This document shows, piece by piece, positions 11,480 through 23,618 of a stretch of 64,000 bases of DNA. The DNA is from Octopus sinensis (lineage: Eukaryota), in assembly GCF_006345805.1 (NCBI RefSeq), contig NC_043001.1, forward strand, positions 128,588,001 to 128,652,000, read 5' to 3'. The notes under the pieces were generated by a model. The model had not been told where the DNA came from. It was given only the letters and a program-made list of their open reading frames with translations, and searched no databases. The stretch's first letter is position 1. Every line of letters begins with the position of its first letter. The position numbers and the translations under genes were made by a program.

Positions 11480-11760
11480 ATCACATGACCAACCAGACCA
11501 TCAGATGTTGCTACACATTGCTGGTCACAATGTGATCGCATTGTTTTAGCCTTCGAACGATGCCACTCGCTGGCTAAGTGAGCAGACCAACAGAAGAAAG
11601 AGAGAAAGAGTACAGCAGGGATCACCACCCACGGCTGGAGCCTCGTGAAGCTTTTAGGTGTTTTCGCTCAATAAACACACACAACGCCCGGTCTGGGAAT
11701 CGAAACCGCGATCCTACGACTGCGAGTCCGCTGCCCTAACCACTGGGCCATTGCACCTCT
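11473..11760 (-). mobile_element. SINE family A, tail type A3
   Basis: Reverse-complement homolog of 10541-10853. Confidence 0.85.
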
Positions 11761-12098
11761 ACATATATATTATATAGGGAGAATTCACAAAAAAACAAAA
11801 GACAAAGATAGGTGGTGTAGACAACAAACAGATGTATTAGTATAACGCTCAGGAAGTGAAAAAGTTTTTAATGTTTCGAGCCTATGCTCTTCCACAGAAA
11901 GAAACAAGGAGAGAGAATAAAGAAGGTGTAGTGGCTAGCAATCTATCATGGTGAAGGCTGGACAGAAGGGTCACACAGGAGAGCTAGGGAGAAGGGGAAA
12001 TAACAAAGTGGTGGTGATCCCAAAACGAAGGTGCGCGTGCTTGTGTATAAGAGTTTGTATGTGCGTGTGGAAGAGGGCTGGTGATCTTGACGTGTGCA

Positions 12099-12135
<37 letters not shown>

Positions 12136-12605
12136 GAAATTAATTTGTGCAAAAATTAGTACTCCATCTAATGAGAGTATAATATTACTATAAATGCTTC
12201 ACACTTCATGCATTATATGCCCTAATAGTTTCATGTACATAAGTACATTCATCAAGCACTGATTGAACTTTCCAACCAAGAGGTTTACATATAAATAGGG
12301 GACAGGTGTGAAGTGATACGAAAGCAAAATGTACCTAATGGAAAATTCCATCAAGATGGGTGAATGAATAATAAAAAGACCAAAAGGTCGCTATAATGTT
12401 CTTTTTACTTTAGGCACAAGGCCTGAAATATATATGCAGTCGATTAGATCAACCCCAGTATTTAACTGGTACTTAATTAATCAACCCTGAAAGGATGAAA
12501 GGCAAAGTCAACCTTGGCGGAATTTGAACTCAGAACGTAAAGACATGAAATACCACTTAGCATTTCACCCACCGTGCTAACATTTCTGCCAGCTCACTGC
12601 CTTAG

Positions 12606-13745
12606 GTTACTATAATATTGATGATAGATTACAATGTTTAGCCAAGAGGGAGGCTATTATTACATTAAAAGACCAGAAACCGAATTTCTGCGATAAGCCT
12701 ACTTGTAGATTACTAAACCCAGCCAAATCCGAAATAGGGTTGGTATCTAAGAAGGTACATAGAAATATTAACAATAAAATAAGGAAAACTGCTGGCCTTA
12801 GACAGTGGGATAATAGCTTCACAGTGGTGGATTGGTTCAGTAGGATTAATAATAAGGATATAGCTAAATTTACCCAATTTGATATCGCTGATTTTTACCC
12901 CTCAATTTTAGTTCGTTGCCAGATAAGTTCATTGCCATCCAATTTGTTAATACATTCATTGATATGGAAACCATTGAATTGGATGTTATCAGACACACTA
13001 GAAAAAACTTTATTATTTAGTAAGGAGAAAACTTGGGTAAAAAAACCCAGATGGTGACGAGTTGTTTGTCTCTTTGGGGTCACATGACAGCGTGGATGTT
13101 TGTGATCTGGTTGGCCTAAATATTTAAAACATATTGAAGGATAGATACTCATCTCATGATACTGTATCATGATGATGGCTAGATTGTTTCTCACATACAC
13201 TTGATAAGTTTCGTAAACAGCTTATCTCAGCATTCAGTCAGTTAGGGTTGAAAATAACTGTTGTTACGAATCTTTCAACAGTGGAGTATTTAGATGTTTC
13301 ACTAGACCTAGATTCCTCTTCATATAAGCCACACCATAAAATTAATGAGAAATTAACATCCGTACATAGGCAATCCTGCCACCCTCCCAGCATAATTAAA
13401 TATTTAGTGGCAAATATTATCAAGGGAATGTCTAATCTCTCCTCTTCTAAGAAAATTTTGAGAGGGCTGCTTCATATTACAATAGATCATTAACAAATAG
13501 TGGTTTCAATGAAAAATCAGTGTATATGATTCTTTTACCTATAATAATAGTAATGGGCATAGTGAAGTCCATGATAAAGTACAACACCATAAAAAATATT
13601 CTCGAAACAGATCCAGAAAAATTTGGTTCTCCCCCTCTTTATTCTTCAAATGTAAAATTGAATGTCAGTAAAAAAATTCCCGACCCTCTTAGATATGCAC
13701 TTTCCTGTAGGACATAGATACAGGAAGATATTTAACAGAAATGCT
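12606..13745 (+). mobile_element. Degenerate Penelope-like element (PLE) reverse transcriptase fragment
   Basis: Frameshifted IITLKDQKPNF..PTCRLLNPAKSEIG..., QFDIADFYPSI, YLDVSLDL...YKP...SCHPPSIIK, PP.YSSNVK.NV motifs typical of PLE RT. Confidence 0.85.
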
Positions 13746-13784
13746 GTTAAATTATTGTACAGCTGCTGTCCTAACAGGAAAAAT

Positions 13785-14196
13785 AAATAGCACCATCCGA
13801 ACGTGGCCGATGCCAGTGCCGCCTTGACTGGCTTCTGTGCTGGTGGCACATGACCTGCTGTGCTTGAGGAGACCTGCTGAGTCAAGTACATCAACATCAA
13901 AATAAATATCAAATGGAAATTGTAGTTGTGATACCTGTGCCAGTGGCATGTAAAAAGCACCATCCGAACGTGGCCGATGCAAGCGCTGCCATGACTGGCT
14001 TCTGTGCTGGTGGCATGTAAAAAGCACCCACTACACTCACAGAGTGGTTGGCGTTAGGAAGGGCATCCAGCTGTAGAAACACTGCCAGATCAGACTGGAG
14101 CCTGGTGCAGCCTCCTGGCTTCCCAGACCCCGGTTGAACTGTCCAACCCGTGCTAGCATGGAAAACAGACATTAAACAATGATGATGATGATGATG
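13785..14196 (+). mobile_element. Family D repeat
   Basis: Homologous to 9717-10107. Confidence 0.85.
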
Positions 14197-15299
14197 ATAT
14201 ATATATATATATATATATGTATATGAACACACACTCACACACAGAGGGAGAAAGAGAGTAACTGTATCTCTGTCAGTTTTGCTGCAGAGTATTTTAATTG
14301 TTTTATTCACAGAAGTACCTTTACACATTGAAATATAGTGTAAGTGGCTGAGTATTCCGTAGACACTTGTATATTTAATGCAATCCTCCAGCAGAATTAT
14401 TATCATACAGTATGTGACAAGGCTGGTCCTTTGAATTACAAGTACAGTCCACCCAGTTGAATGGACCTGTTATTTCCTTTACTCAATTTCACTCACAAGA
14501 CTCCAGTACATCATAGACTACAGTAAAAGACACTTGGAAGATATTCCTGCAATGAGATTGAACCTGTAACTTTATCATTTAACCACTTAGCTAGGCCTAT
14601 TCCTTAATATCCCTTTATACTCTCTCTCTCACACACACACAAACACACACACAATTTTACCTTCATAATATCTTTTAGATCCATTTTGCATCCTCTCTTG
14701 AAGGCACATGGCCTTCACAACAGAGTTAAGGTGCTGAGAGCTCATGATTATAAGACAATGGGTTCAATTCTTGAACTAAGTGGCAGATCGTCTTCTTGAC
14801 CAAAGTTCTTCAATTTGTGTTACTCCAGTCCACTAAGCTGAAAATATGTTCTTTCTTGGAGTGGTTGGCGTTAGGAAGGGCATCCAGCTGTAGAAACTCT
14901 GCCAGATCAAGATTGGAGCCTGGTTCAGCCATCTGGTTCGCCAGCCCTCAGTCAAAATCGTCCAACCCATGCGTTTGGAAAGCGGACATTAAACGATGAT
15001 GATTGGCATCTGAGGGTTAACCCTGAAATGGCATCCTTTTCAGAGAATAGTCTTTTAATCCCAGTCACCTAAATACCTTGGAAATCTGGATAAACCTTGG
15101 TCTCATGAGCTTGTAAGCTTGAGACAGACTTTATCCATCTTGTCATAGATCAAATAGATCTGCAGTACAATATTAGTTGCTATATCATAGTGTGTTTATG
15201 TGTGTGTGTATGTATGTATAAGCAGGTTTATAGGTTACTAAATCTTATTCCCCTTTTTACTTCACTCTTTCTTTCTTTTTTTTTTATCTAATTTTCCAG

Positions 15300-15483
15300 C
15301 ATGGGTCAAGTTTTTGTGATGGAGACAAACATTGAGAAACGAACAAAGCCTGAGAAACTTCGTATGTCCAACATCCATGTAGGACGCATAGTGACAGCAG
15401 TGGCATGGAACACAACAGGATCTCAGTTCTTCATCGGTGACAACATGGGCACAGTTTCTATCATATATGTTTCAAACTCTAAG
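15300..15483 (+). CDS. HPS5: HPS5 exon (MGQVFVMETNIEKRTKPEKLRMSNIHVGRIVTAVAWNTTGSQFFIGDNMGTVSIIYVSNSK)
   Basis: Polypyrimidine+ccag acceptor, aag/gtatgt donor, 184 nt. WD-like H...VTAVAW...F.GD..G.V motif as in HPS5. Confidence 0.93.
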
Positions 15484-15618
15484 GTATGTTGTATCATTAT
15501 TGCTTATTTTTCACTTCTCTATTTTCTTACCAGTGTCTCACCATTCTTATGTTGTTCTCGTCACTAAAAAAACCTTCACTGCAACAACTGTTCCTACCAT
15601 TTTCTCCTTCACTTAACC

Positions 15619-15838
15619 TATTTCTTTACTACCCACAAGGGGCTAAACACAGAGAGGACAGACTAGGAGATTAAGTCGATTACATCGACCCCAGTGCGTA
15701 ACTGGTACTTAATTTATTGACCCCGAAAGGATGGAAGGCAAAGTCGACCTCGGCGGAATTTGAACTCAGAACGTAACGACGGACGAAATACCGCTAAGCA
15801 TTTCGTCCGGCATGCTAACGTTTCTGCCAGCTCGCCGC
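15619..15838 (-). mobile_element. SINE family C
   Basis: TSD about ccattt(t)ctccttcacttaacc. Confidence 0.87.
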
Positions 15839-16003
15839 CATTTCTCCTTCACTTAACCACTACCACCACCACCACCACAACCAGTAAAACCCACACATCA
15901 TCTCTTCATTTACTTCTTTCCCATTCCTTGGTTCTGGTCCGTGATCTGATCACCCACAGATAAAATTGTGTTTTTAATTGGATGAAAGCCATTGTAACAT
16001 ATA

Positions 16004-16228
16004 TATTTCTTTACTGCCCAGAAGGGGCTAAACATAGAGGGGACAAACAAGGACAGACGAAGGGATTGAGTCGATTATATCGTCCCCAGTGCGAAACTGG
16101 TACTTTATTTATCGACCCCGAAAGGATGAAAGGCAAAGTCGACCTCGGCGGAATTTGAACTCAGAACGTAACGACAGACGAAATACCGCTAAGCATTTTG
16201 CCCGGCACGCTAACGTGCCTGCCAGCTC
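16004..16228 (-). mobile_element. SINE family C
   Basis: Homologous to 15619-15838. Confidence 0.87.
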
Positions 16229-16416
16229 AACATATATATATATATATATAGAGAGAGAGAGGCATTGAAGCTGCTATCTCTTACTCAAGTTCAACCTGTA
16301 AAATGAAGGTGGTCGTAGTAGTAGTGGTGGTGGTGGTGGTGGTTGGGAAAGAGATTCTTATTTCTTTCATCTAGCGTAGTGGTTCTCAATCATTTTTTAC
16401 CTATGGACCTCTTTAA

Positions 16417-16635
16417 CCCTTTAGCATTTAAATTAACTATATCCGGCCAAAATATTCCTTCTGTTTTATGTCCTAACCAGCCAGATTCAGCCTGTCACGC
16501 CTACCTTTCAATGTCATTATAAAATATACATTCTCATCATCAAAATTTTGAAGCTACAAAATAGTGCGTGATTAATTAAAAACAATTTGAATGAAAAAGT
16601 GTTACATATGGCACAATAATCTGAATGCTAAAGGG
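16417..16635. mobile_element. piggyBac-like MITE (family F), nested in a hAT-like MITE
   Basis: TTAA-ccctttagcatt ... aatgctaaaggg-TTAA. Confidence 0.85.
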
Positions 16636-16892
16636 TTAATTACTATTTTATTCAGGTGGACCCCCATAGACATTCAATATTTAAAAAAAAAAAAAAGTAA
16701 TTTTATAGATATGTCTTTCAAAATTCCTGTTTTGTTTTTCACTCCTTCACTTATGTAGGTTTGCTACAGCACTCTTTGAGAGAACATGTTTCAGTGGCCA
16801 GAAACTTGTTGAACTAAGTTAAGCATCAGAGAAAGCATTAATCCATCTGTTTTTTTGTAATAAATATGTCTAAAGTAAATTTTTTTCAAGCT

Positions 16893-17128
16893 CCAACCAA
16901 TCGTGGCCGATGCCGGACCCCCCTGGCACCTGTGCAGGTGGCACGTAAAAAGCACCCACTACACTCGCAGAGTGGTTGGCGTTAGGAAGGGCATCCAGCT
17001 GTAGAAACTCTGCCAGATCAGACTGGAGCCTGGTGCAGCCCCTGGCTTCCCAGACCTCGGTCGAACCGTCCAACCCGTGCTAGCACGGAAAACGGACGTT
17101 AAACGATGATGATGATGATGATGATGAT
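16893..17128 (+). mobile_element. Family D repeat; other copies at about 14862-15003 (+), 18080-18420 (-), 21195-21320 (-), 61335-61555 (+) and 63843-63965 (-)
   Basis: Core and (GAT)n tail. Confidence 0.83.
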
Positions 17129-17277
17129 GACCCTTAAAATACTACTGTGGATCCCTAATTATTTTGCTTGCATTGACCCTCCAAAATCTTATACAGACCT
17201 CCAAGGGTCATATGGACCTTGGCTGAGAACCTATGATTTAGCAGAACACCATACTAGACATTCCAATTGAAAACTAT

Positions 17278-17640
17278 CTGATGATGATGGCAATCCCTCA
17301 AGGTCGAGGATGATGGTCTTTGCGCAAATTTACTGGTAAATCCGTAGGTGACCGATAAGACCAATTCTTGCTTGAAAAGATCGGTTGCAGTGCAGACATC
17401 TAGTGCCAGAAGGGAGAGTCGCACGTGGTTGTTGTTGGCGCTCCTTCCGTCGTCGTCTTTTCTCCTCCAGCTCTGCAGACCTTTTCGACTCGAAAGTCGC
17501 CGTTCCCTCATGGATGGTGGTTTTCCAGAGTGGTCTGTTTTTTGCCATTTCTCTTTACCATCGACAGTGTTGCACGAGATGACCTTTAATTCTCTATTGT
17601 TGGATTGAACTAGAAACACTAAGTTTTCCTTGTTCATAGA
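17278..17640 (-). mobile_element. RTE-clade LINE 3' fragment
   Basis: ORF 17330..17548: ...AKNRPLWKTTIHEG...CLHCNRSFQARIGLIGHLRIY (C-terminal CCHH), then a short 3'UTR with a (CAT) tail. Confidence 0.88.
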
Positions 17641-18570
17641 TGAAGCACAGTGTTATATGCAGCTTTTTGTTGACAATTTCACCCCCTATTAACTTGCTTA
17701 GCTATGATATAGATATCTATATTTGCAAAGACACAGCAAGTTGTTTTGTGATGGAAGTTTGCATTGACTATAAGCTTTCAAAGAGCTCTGAAGCCTGATA
17801 ATAGCATTTTTTTCATTAATTTCTTTTCTTTTTTTCCTTTTTTTTTTTTTTGAAGTCTTTGAGGTTTCCTTCTTGTTAGAGAGATGGTTGAATCCTCTTA
17901 AATGTCATTTAAAATTTAAAGAAACACAACAAAACAAAGTACTGGTGCCTTAATAAACTGCACGTAATATGCTCTGTGAAGTAGTTGACAATAGGAAGAG
18001 CAATACAACCTTAGGAACTAGGTTGAATGAAATAGGTTGGATGGCTTGACAGGAACTGGCAAGGCCAGGGATCACACTGAGTACCATTGTCTGTTTTGGC
18101 ATGACTCATATAGCTGGATGCCCTTCCTAATGCCTACCACTTTACAGAGTGTACTGGGTGCTTTTTACATGGCACCATCACCAGTGCTTTTTATGTGACA
18201 CCAGCACCCACGCCAATGCTTTTTACATAGATAATCATCATCATCATCCTTTAACATCCATTTTCCATGCTAGCAAGGGTTTGACCAGAGGTGGCAAGCA
18301 GGAGAGCTACACCAGGTTGCAGTCTGATTTGGCTTGGTTTCTATGACTTGATGCCCTTCCTAAGGTCAACCACTTTACAATGTGTGCTGGGTGCTTTTAA
18401 CATGGCACCAGCATGAGCTTGGTTATGTGGTACCAGCACAAACACCTTTATGTGGCACTAGCATGAGAATTTTTATGCGGAATATGAGTGCTTTTCACCA
18501 ATAATGATGATATTAATAATAATAATAATAATAATAAAAATAATAATAATAATTTTTCTTTATCTTCCAG

Positions 18571-18701
18571 GCTAAAGATTTGTTTGGCCAACCCCTTGAC
18601 GTGATACTCAACTTAGACTCAGCCATTGTTCAGATGGATTGGGCCCGTGAGAAGTTATTAGTTTCTACTCTAACAAGATGCTACTTATGTCTAACAGACA
18701 A
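18571..18701 (+). CDS. HPS5: HPS5 exon (AKDLFGQPLDVILNLDSAIVQMDWAREKLLVSTLTRCYLCLTD-K)
   Basis: tatcttccag acceptor, AA/gtaagt donor, 131 nt. Comparable to human [28 protein letters not shown]. Confidence 0.93.
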
Positions 18702-19100
18702 GTAAGTAATTTCACTCTGTCCAATTTTCTGGACCACTTCTCTTATATTCACTTTCTTGTAAGTTGTGGGTACACCCTGAATCCTCTTCACCACCATATC
18801 TCCTTCTTTTCCAACTGGAGTAGCCATCCATCTTTTTTTCTACTGCCAGACAAAATGCATAGCTGCATGTCTTCTAGCTTTATGTTCTAAGTTCAAATGC
18901 CACCAAAGTCAACTTTGGCCTTCATCTTTTCAGGATCCAGAAAATAACTATTAATCTTTTTCATACATACCTTTCCAAATTATTCTTAACCACTATTTCC
19001 CACTTCCCCCCCGTAGCCTCCCCATGCTCCTAAGTAGCCTCTTTTCTCTCCTCCTTATCAAAAGTGCTTAATACTACACCACTCCTTTGGATACTAACCT

Positions 19101-19330
19101 ATTTCTTTACTACCCACAAGGGGCTAAACACAGAGGGGACAAACAAGGACAGACAAACGGATTAAGTCGATTATATCGACCCCCAGTGTGTAACTGGTAC
19201 TTAATTTATCGACCCCGAAAGGATGAAAGGCAAAGTCGACCTCGGCGGAATTTGAACTCAGAACGTAACGGCAGACGAAATACGGCTACGCATTTCGCCC
19301 GGCGTGCTAACGTTTCTGCCAGCTCGCCGC
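19101..19330 (-). mobile_element. SINE family C
   Basis: 16-bp TSD ctttggatactaacct (19085-100, 19331-46). Confidence 0.9.
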
Positions 19331-19616
19331 CTTTGGATACTAACCTGTCAACCTCTACCCCTCTCTATTCACATCTTCTATTAACTTCACACACCTCTAC
19401 ATACCATGGCATCCCCTCTCATATAGCAACCCAATTCCTTTGCCCCACTAACAACCCCTACTGTACTCCCTCTCTATCTTCTCTCCTACCTCAGCCAGTA
19501 AACCAGTCAAATTATTTTCCTCAACTAATGGCCATTCCCTTTCTCACTATCCCAACCATTAATTCTACAGCATTCATACACACTAACACAAAGGACTACC
19601 ATTCACATACTACCCG

Positions 19617-19996
19617 TGGAGGCGCAATGGCCCATTGGTTAGGGCAGTGGACTCGCAGTCGTAGGATCGCGGTTTCGATTCCCAGACCGGGCATTGTGAG
19701 TGTTTATTGAGTGAAAACACCTAAAGCTTCACAAGGCTCCTGCAGGGGGTGGTGGTGAACCCTGCTGTACTCTTTCCCCACAACTTTCTCTCACTCTTTC
19801 TTCCTGTTTCTGTTGTACCTGTATTTCAAAGGGCCAGCCTTGTCACACTCTGTGTCACGCTGAATCTCCTCGAGAACTACTTTAAGGGTACATGTGTCTT
19901 TGGAGTGCTCAGCCACTTGCATGTTAATTTCACGAGCAAGCTGTTCCGTTGATCGTATCAGCTGGGACCCTCATCGTCGTAACCGACGGAGTGCTC
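19617..19996 (+). mobile_element. SINE family A, tail type A1
   Basis: Homologous to 2520-2900. Confidence 0.85.
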
Positions 19997-20225
19997 CTAC
20001 TACTACATACTACCTAAACTACCTCTTCCTCCTACTCTCCACCTCTACTACTATAACTCCCTACTACCCCTCCTTATTAAGCCCTAACCCATGAAATTTA
20101 TTTTCTCCTCTCACTATTCTCTATTTGAATACCTCCCCAGTTCCTCCTTCTAATATATTTAGCTCTCCACAAAATCATTCCATCTTTGAACTTCGTTCTG
20201 TGAACACCTCAAATGTAAGAGCTTT

Positions 20226-20316
20226 TCCCTGAAGATGGAGGCTTGTCTCATTCTACGATGGAATCAATTTACAAACATTATTTTGGGCCACCAAGCCCCC
20301 AGAAACAGCTGTCGGA
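20226..20316 (+). ncRNA. Type I minimal hammerhead ribozyme motif (PLE type)
   Basis: Stem I TCC/GGA, core CTGAAGA 20229-35, stem II TGGAGGCTTG/CAAGCCCCCA (9 of 10 bp), GAAA 20302-05, palindromic stem III ACAGCTGT, cleavage triplet GTC ending at 20313. Confidence 0.7.
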
Positions 20317-20486
20317 TTTCTAATACTTTTCTTTAATTCTTGATATCATTTCTATTCTGTGTAAGTCAGACCTTTTTGTATGTAAACATACATACATTTT
20401 GTATTTCATGTATTTAATATACTTTGTATATTGACCTGCCTAACTTGCTTATCCTTACATTTATTTCTCTCTCTCTCTCTCTCTCA

Positions 20487-20534
<48 letters not shown>

Positions 20535-20593
20535 CATCATCATCATCATCAATATTAATTAATTTTTGTATTTTTTCTATTTTTCATTTCTAG

Positions 20594-20626
20594 AGCCAAG
20601 TATTTCCAGATTGGGAAAAAGCTCAG
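20594..20626 (+). CDS. HPS5: HPS5 micro-exon, 33 nt (AKYFQIGKKL-R)
   Basis: tttctag acceptor, AG/gtaatc donor, phase 2 to 2. Comparable to human EKFWKIGNKERDG. Confidence 0.88.
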
Positions 20627-20845
20627 GTAATCCACTTTTAAATTACTGACATATTGTATGAGTGGACCTATGGCATGTGAGTTATTACTCTGCACGTGTA
20701 AGCGAAAGCATGGGATTGTATTCTCTTGTCTTTGTGTGTTTGCGAAATTACTGGAAAACTGCCTAACAGATTTTCTCTAAATTTGGCAGAAATACTCATT
20801 GGGTGAGTGGCTTGAAATGATGAAAATTTGGTTTGATTATCTTCA

Positions 20846-20878
<33 letters not shown>

Positions 20879-21743
20879 TTTGTGTACAGTGATGGGTTCG
20901 AGAGTTTCATTTATTTATGAGTTGATTTCTTAATTTCACCAGGGTATAAATACCTACAATGGTGATACCTAAAAACAAAATTCAGTTCAGTTTAAAAGCA
21001 TTGGTAAGTAGTGCATTGTAAGCCACACTATAATTTGCAAAATAATTTATCTGCATGCAGGGTATGCATTGCTCCTCTAATGCCTTTTTTTCCCATTTAG
21101 TTAGTTTCTATTGTACAAAATACTTTGTAACATTGGGGTAAGGTAGTGAGCTGGCAGAATCATTAGCTTTGTGCCATTTTGTACATCTTTACATTCTGCA
21201 CCAGACTCCAGTCTGATTTGGCATGGTTTCTGTGGCTGGATGCCCTTCCTAATGCCAACCACTCCAAGAGTGTACTGGGTGATTTTATATATCACTGACA
21301 TGGTGCCATTTGTGTAATTTGCCACGACTGGAATTTTACTTGGCTTGATAGCTCTTCTTCTCAATACTTGGCTTAAAGGTCATGTTCTAAAACACCAAAC
21401 AGAGAGGCTTGTCTAATAGTAATGCCAGGATAATATTTTATAATCGGTATCACTAAAAAGTTAACTGGAATCTTGCTAAAATATACAGAAAAGTTGAAGG
21501 TTTTACTTGATATGATTGGAAGAGATGGTTCCGTTGGACAGCAATATAGTGTAGTAATGAAGGTTTGAAAACTGATTAAAAATTAATGTTAATAATGAAT
21601 TCTTAGATCAGTAAAAGTGCATAAATTTGTAGAAGAGGGTTTGAAGCCAATTAGTTTGACATGTTATGTAACTTGCAATTGTTTTATTGACCTGTGAGGA
21701 ATAAAATGCAAGTTGACCCAAGTCAAGTTGTATTTATCGTGTA

Positions 21744-21785
<42 letters not shown>

Positions 21786-21880
21786 GGATCATTTGTAGAA
21801 AACATAAATCCAGAGAAGAAGCACGCTCTAAGATGTAGAGCAGTATATATTAAAAGTAGGGGAGGCTGGTTTATGGTATT

Positions 21881-22079
21881 ACCCTGGGTTTCCCATCCAT
21901 AAAGGATTTAGCTTTATGGCATATCATCAAACCCCAAAACCTGTTGGCCTAAGACCTCTTCAAAATATGGCTCTTTTGAAGAGGTCTTAGGCCGACAGGT
22001 CTTGGGGTCTGACAATACACCATAAAGCTAAACCTTTTATAGACAGTAAACCCAGGGTCTTCTCCATTTTTAATATATA

Positions 22080-22133
<54 letters not shown>

Positions 22134-22181
22134 TATATTAAAAATGGAGAAGACCCTGGGTTTCCTGTCTATAAAAGGTTT
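21881..22181. repeat. Two overlapping inverted repeats (probably PLE-pLTR derived)
   Basis: Hairpin 21881-22058 (85-bp arms, loop tatggctc) and hairpin 22030-22181 centred on (TA)n. Confidence 0.85.
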
Positions 22182-22417
22182 ATGTGACATACTTATCTAC
22201 ATGGCCGAAACAGCTGTAAGATGTAATCTATACTTATATTTATATTTACTTATATTTATATTCTCTTTTATATATATTCTACTTATTATACAACGTTACT
22301 CTTTTATGTACACTTTTTTATGTACAGTCTCTTATGTGGTGGTTTAATAAAGTATGTGATTGGGTATTATCTGGTAATTGATATTTGATTTAGATGTATT
22401 TCTCCATTTTCTTATCT

Positions 22418-22466
<49 letters not shown>

Positions 22467-22699
22467 ATATATGAATGACAAAAGAGCGGGAGTTGTGTAA
22501 TCACCTTCAGCTATGAAAAGATTGTAACAGCTAAAATTTTGCATGTTTTTCTGGTTCTTCTAAAGGACAATGTTTTATTATTAACTCATTCAGTGATTCC
22601 CAAAAGTTAAAAAAAAGAATCAAAACAAAACAAAAATAAACAAAAACATACAACTTCAAAAAAAAATGTCATATATTAATTATTGAATGTGTTTTATAG

Positions 22700-22790
22700 A
22701 GATGGAAAGTTTGGAACTTGTTTCTACCACAACACCAGTCTTTCAACGCCTTTAATCTACTCTGCCCGACCAGGCTCTCGTATGTGGGAG
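22700..22790 (+). CDS. HPS5: HPS5 exon ([30 protein letters not shown])
   Basis: ttttatag acceptor, GAG/gtaagg donor, 91 nt. Contains the hallmark G.FG.CF...IY.[9 protein letters not shown]. Confidence 0.95.
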
Positions 22791-23114
22791 GTAAGGAAAT
22801 CAATTAAAATTATTTTCTCTTTTTTTTATATTTTGTATCTCTTTCATTCGCTTACATGATTTCGAAGACCATAACTACTCAAGTCTTTAAGGTATTGGTT
22901 AATTACATGAAATATCTGCGGTCCATAATCCATAGCCATTAAGATTTGTTTTGCCTTTCCGACATCGACTTTTATGTATGTCACTCTTCTCACTTCTGTC
23001 TCTTTTTCTTCTCACCTTGCTTTCTCTCTCCTTCCTCTTCTTTCTGTATGCCTTTCTGTTTGTGATTGCTCAAACAATATATCATTGGTGAAATGATATA
23101 CAATTTTTGTTTTG

Positions 23115-23517
23115 TACATCAAAACTTCCATGCTTTCTGAGATTGCCAACACTACACCTGATTTTCTCCCCTCCATACACATGCAAGCATGTATCTGACT
23201 CATGCACAGCTCCCATGACTTTAGGAAACATTTTTTTCACGCTAAGAGTTGCTGAAGCATGGAACAAACTGCCGGCATCAGTTGTTAGTTGTCGGAGCAC
23301 TGCATCCTTCAAAACTTCCATGCTTCCTGAGATTCGCCAACACTACACTTGATTTTCTCCCCTCCATACACACACAAGCATGTATCTGACTCATACATTG
23401 TTCGCTTTCCAGACATTTGTACATTACTGCATATACTCTATATGCACTTTCTGACAAGTTGTGGTGCACCTGAGCACTGTATACAATAATTTCATTATTA
23501 TTATTATTATTATTATT
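23115..23517 (+). mobile_element. CR1-clade LINE 3' fragment, (ATT)n-tail family, with a duplicated 3' piece at its 5' end
   Basis: HDFRKHFFTLRVAEAWNKLPASVVSCRSTASFKTSML, then 3'UTR and (att)n. Confidence 0.88.
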
Positions 23518-23618
23518 ACATGAAACATGAAAAAATACATTTTAGCTTAATGCAAGTTTTCTGTCTCTCTTGTATAAATGGAGTCGTTTTATTAATTAAC
23601 TTACAAAAGTAATAGAAT

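Larger units (their letters stand above)
16377..17235. mobile_element. hAT-like MITE carrying a nested family F MITE and a family D repeat
   Basis: tagtggttctcaa ... ggctgagaacctatg. 8-bp flanks atctagcg / atttagca (6 of 8 match). Confidence 0.55.
18950..20400 (+). mobile_element. Probable decayed PLE 3' region/pLTR, interrupted by SINE C and SINE A and ending with a hammerhead motif
   Basis: Strongly C-rich/G-poor strand. IFELRSVNTSNVRAFP* resembles a PLE GIY-YIG terminus, and is followed by ctgaaga...gaaacagctgtc. Confidence 0.4.
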
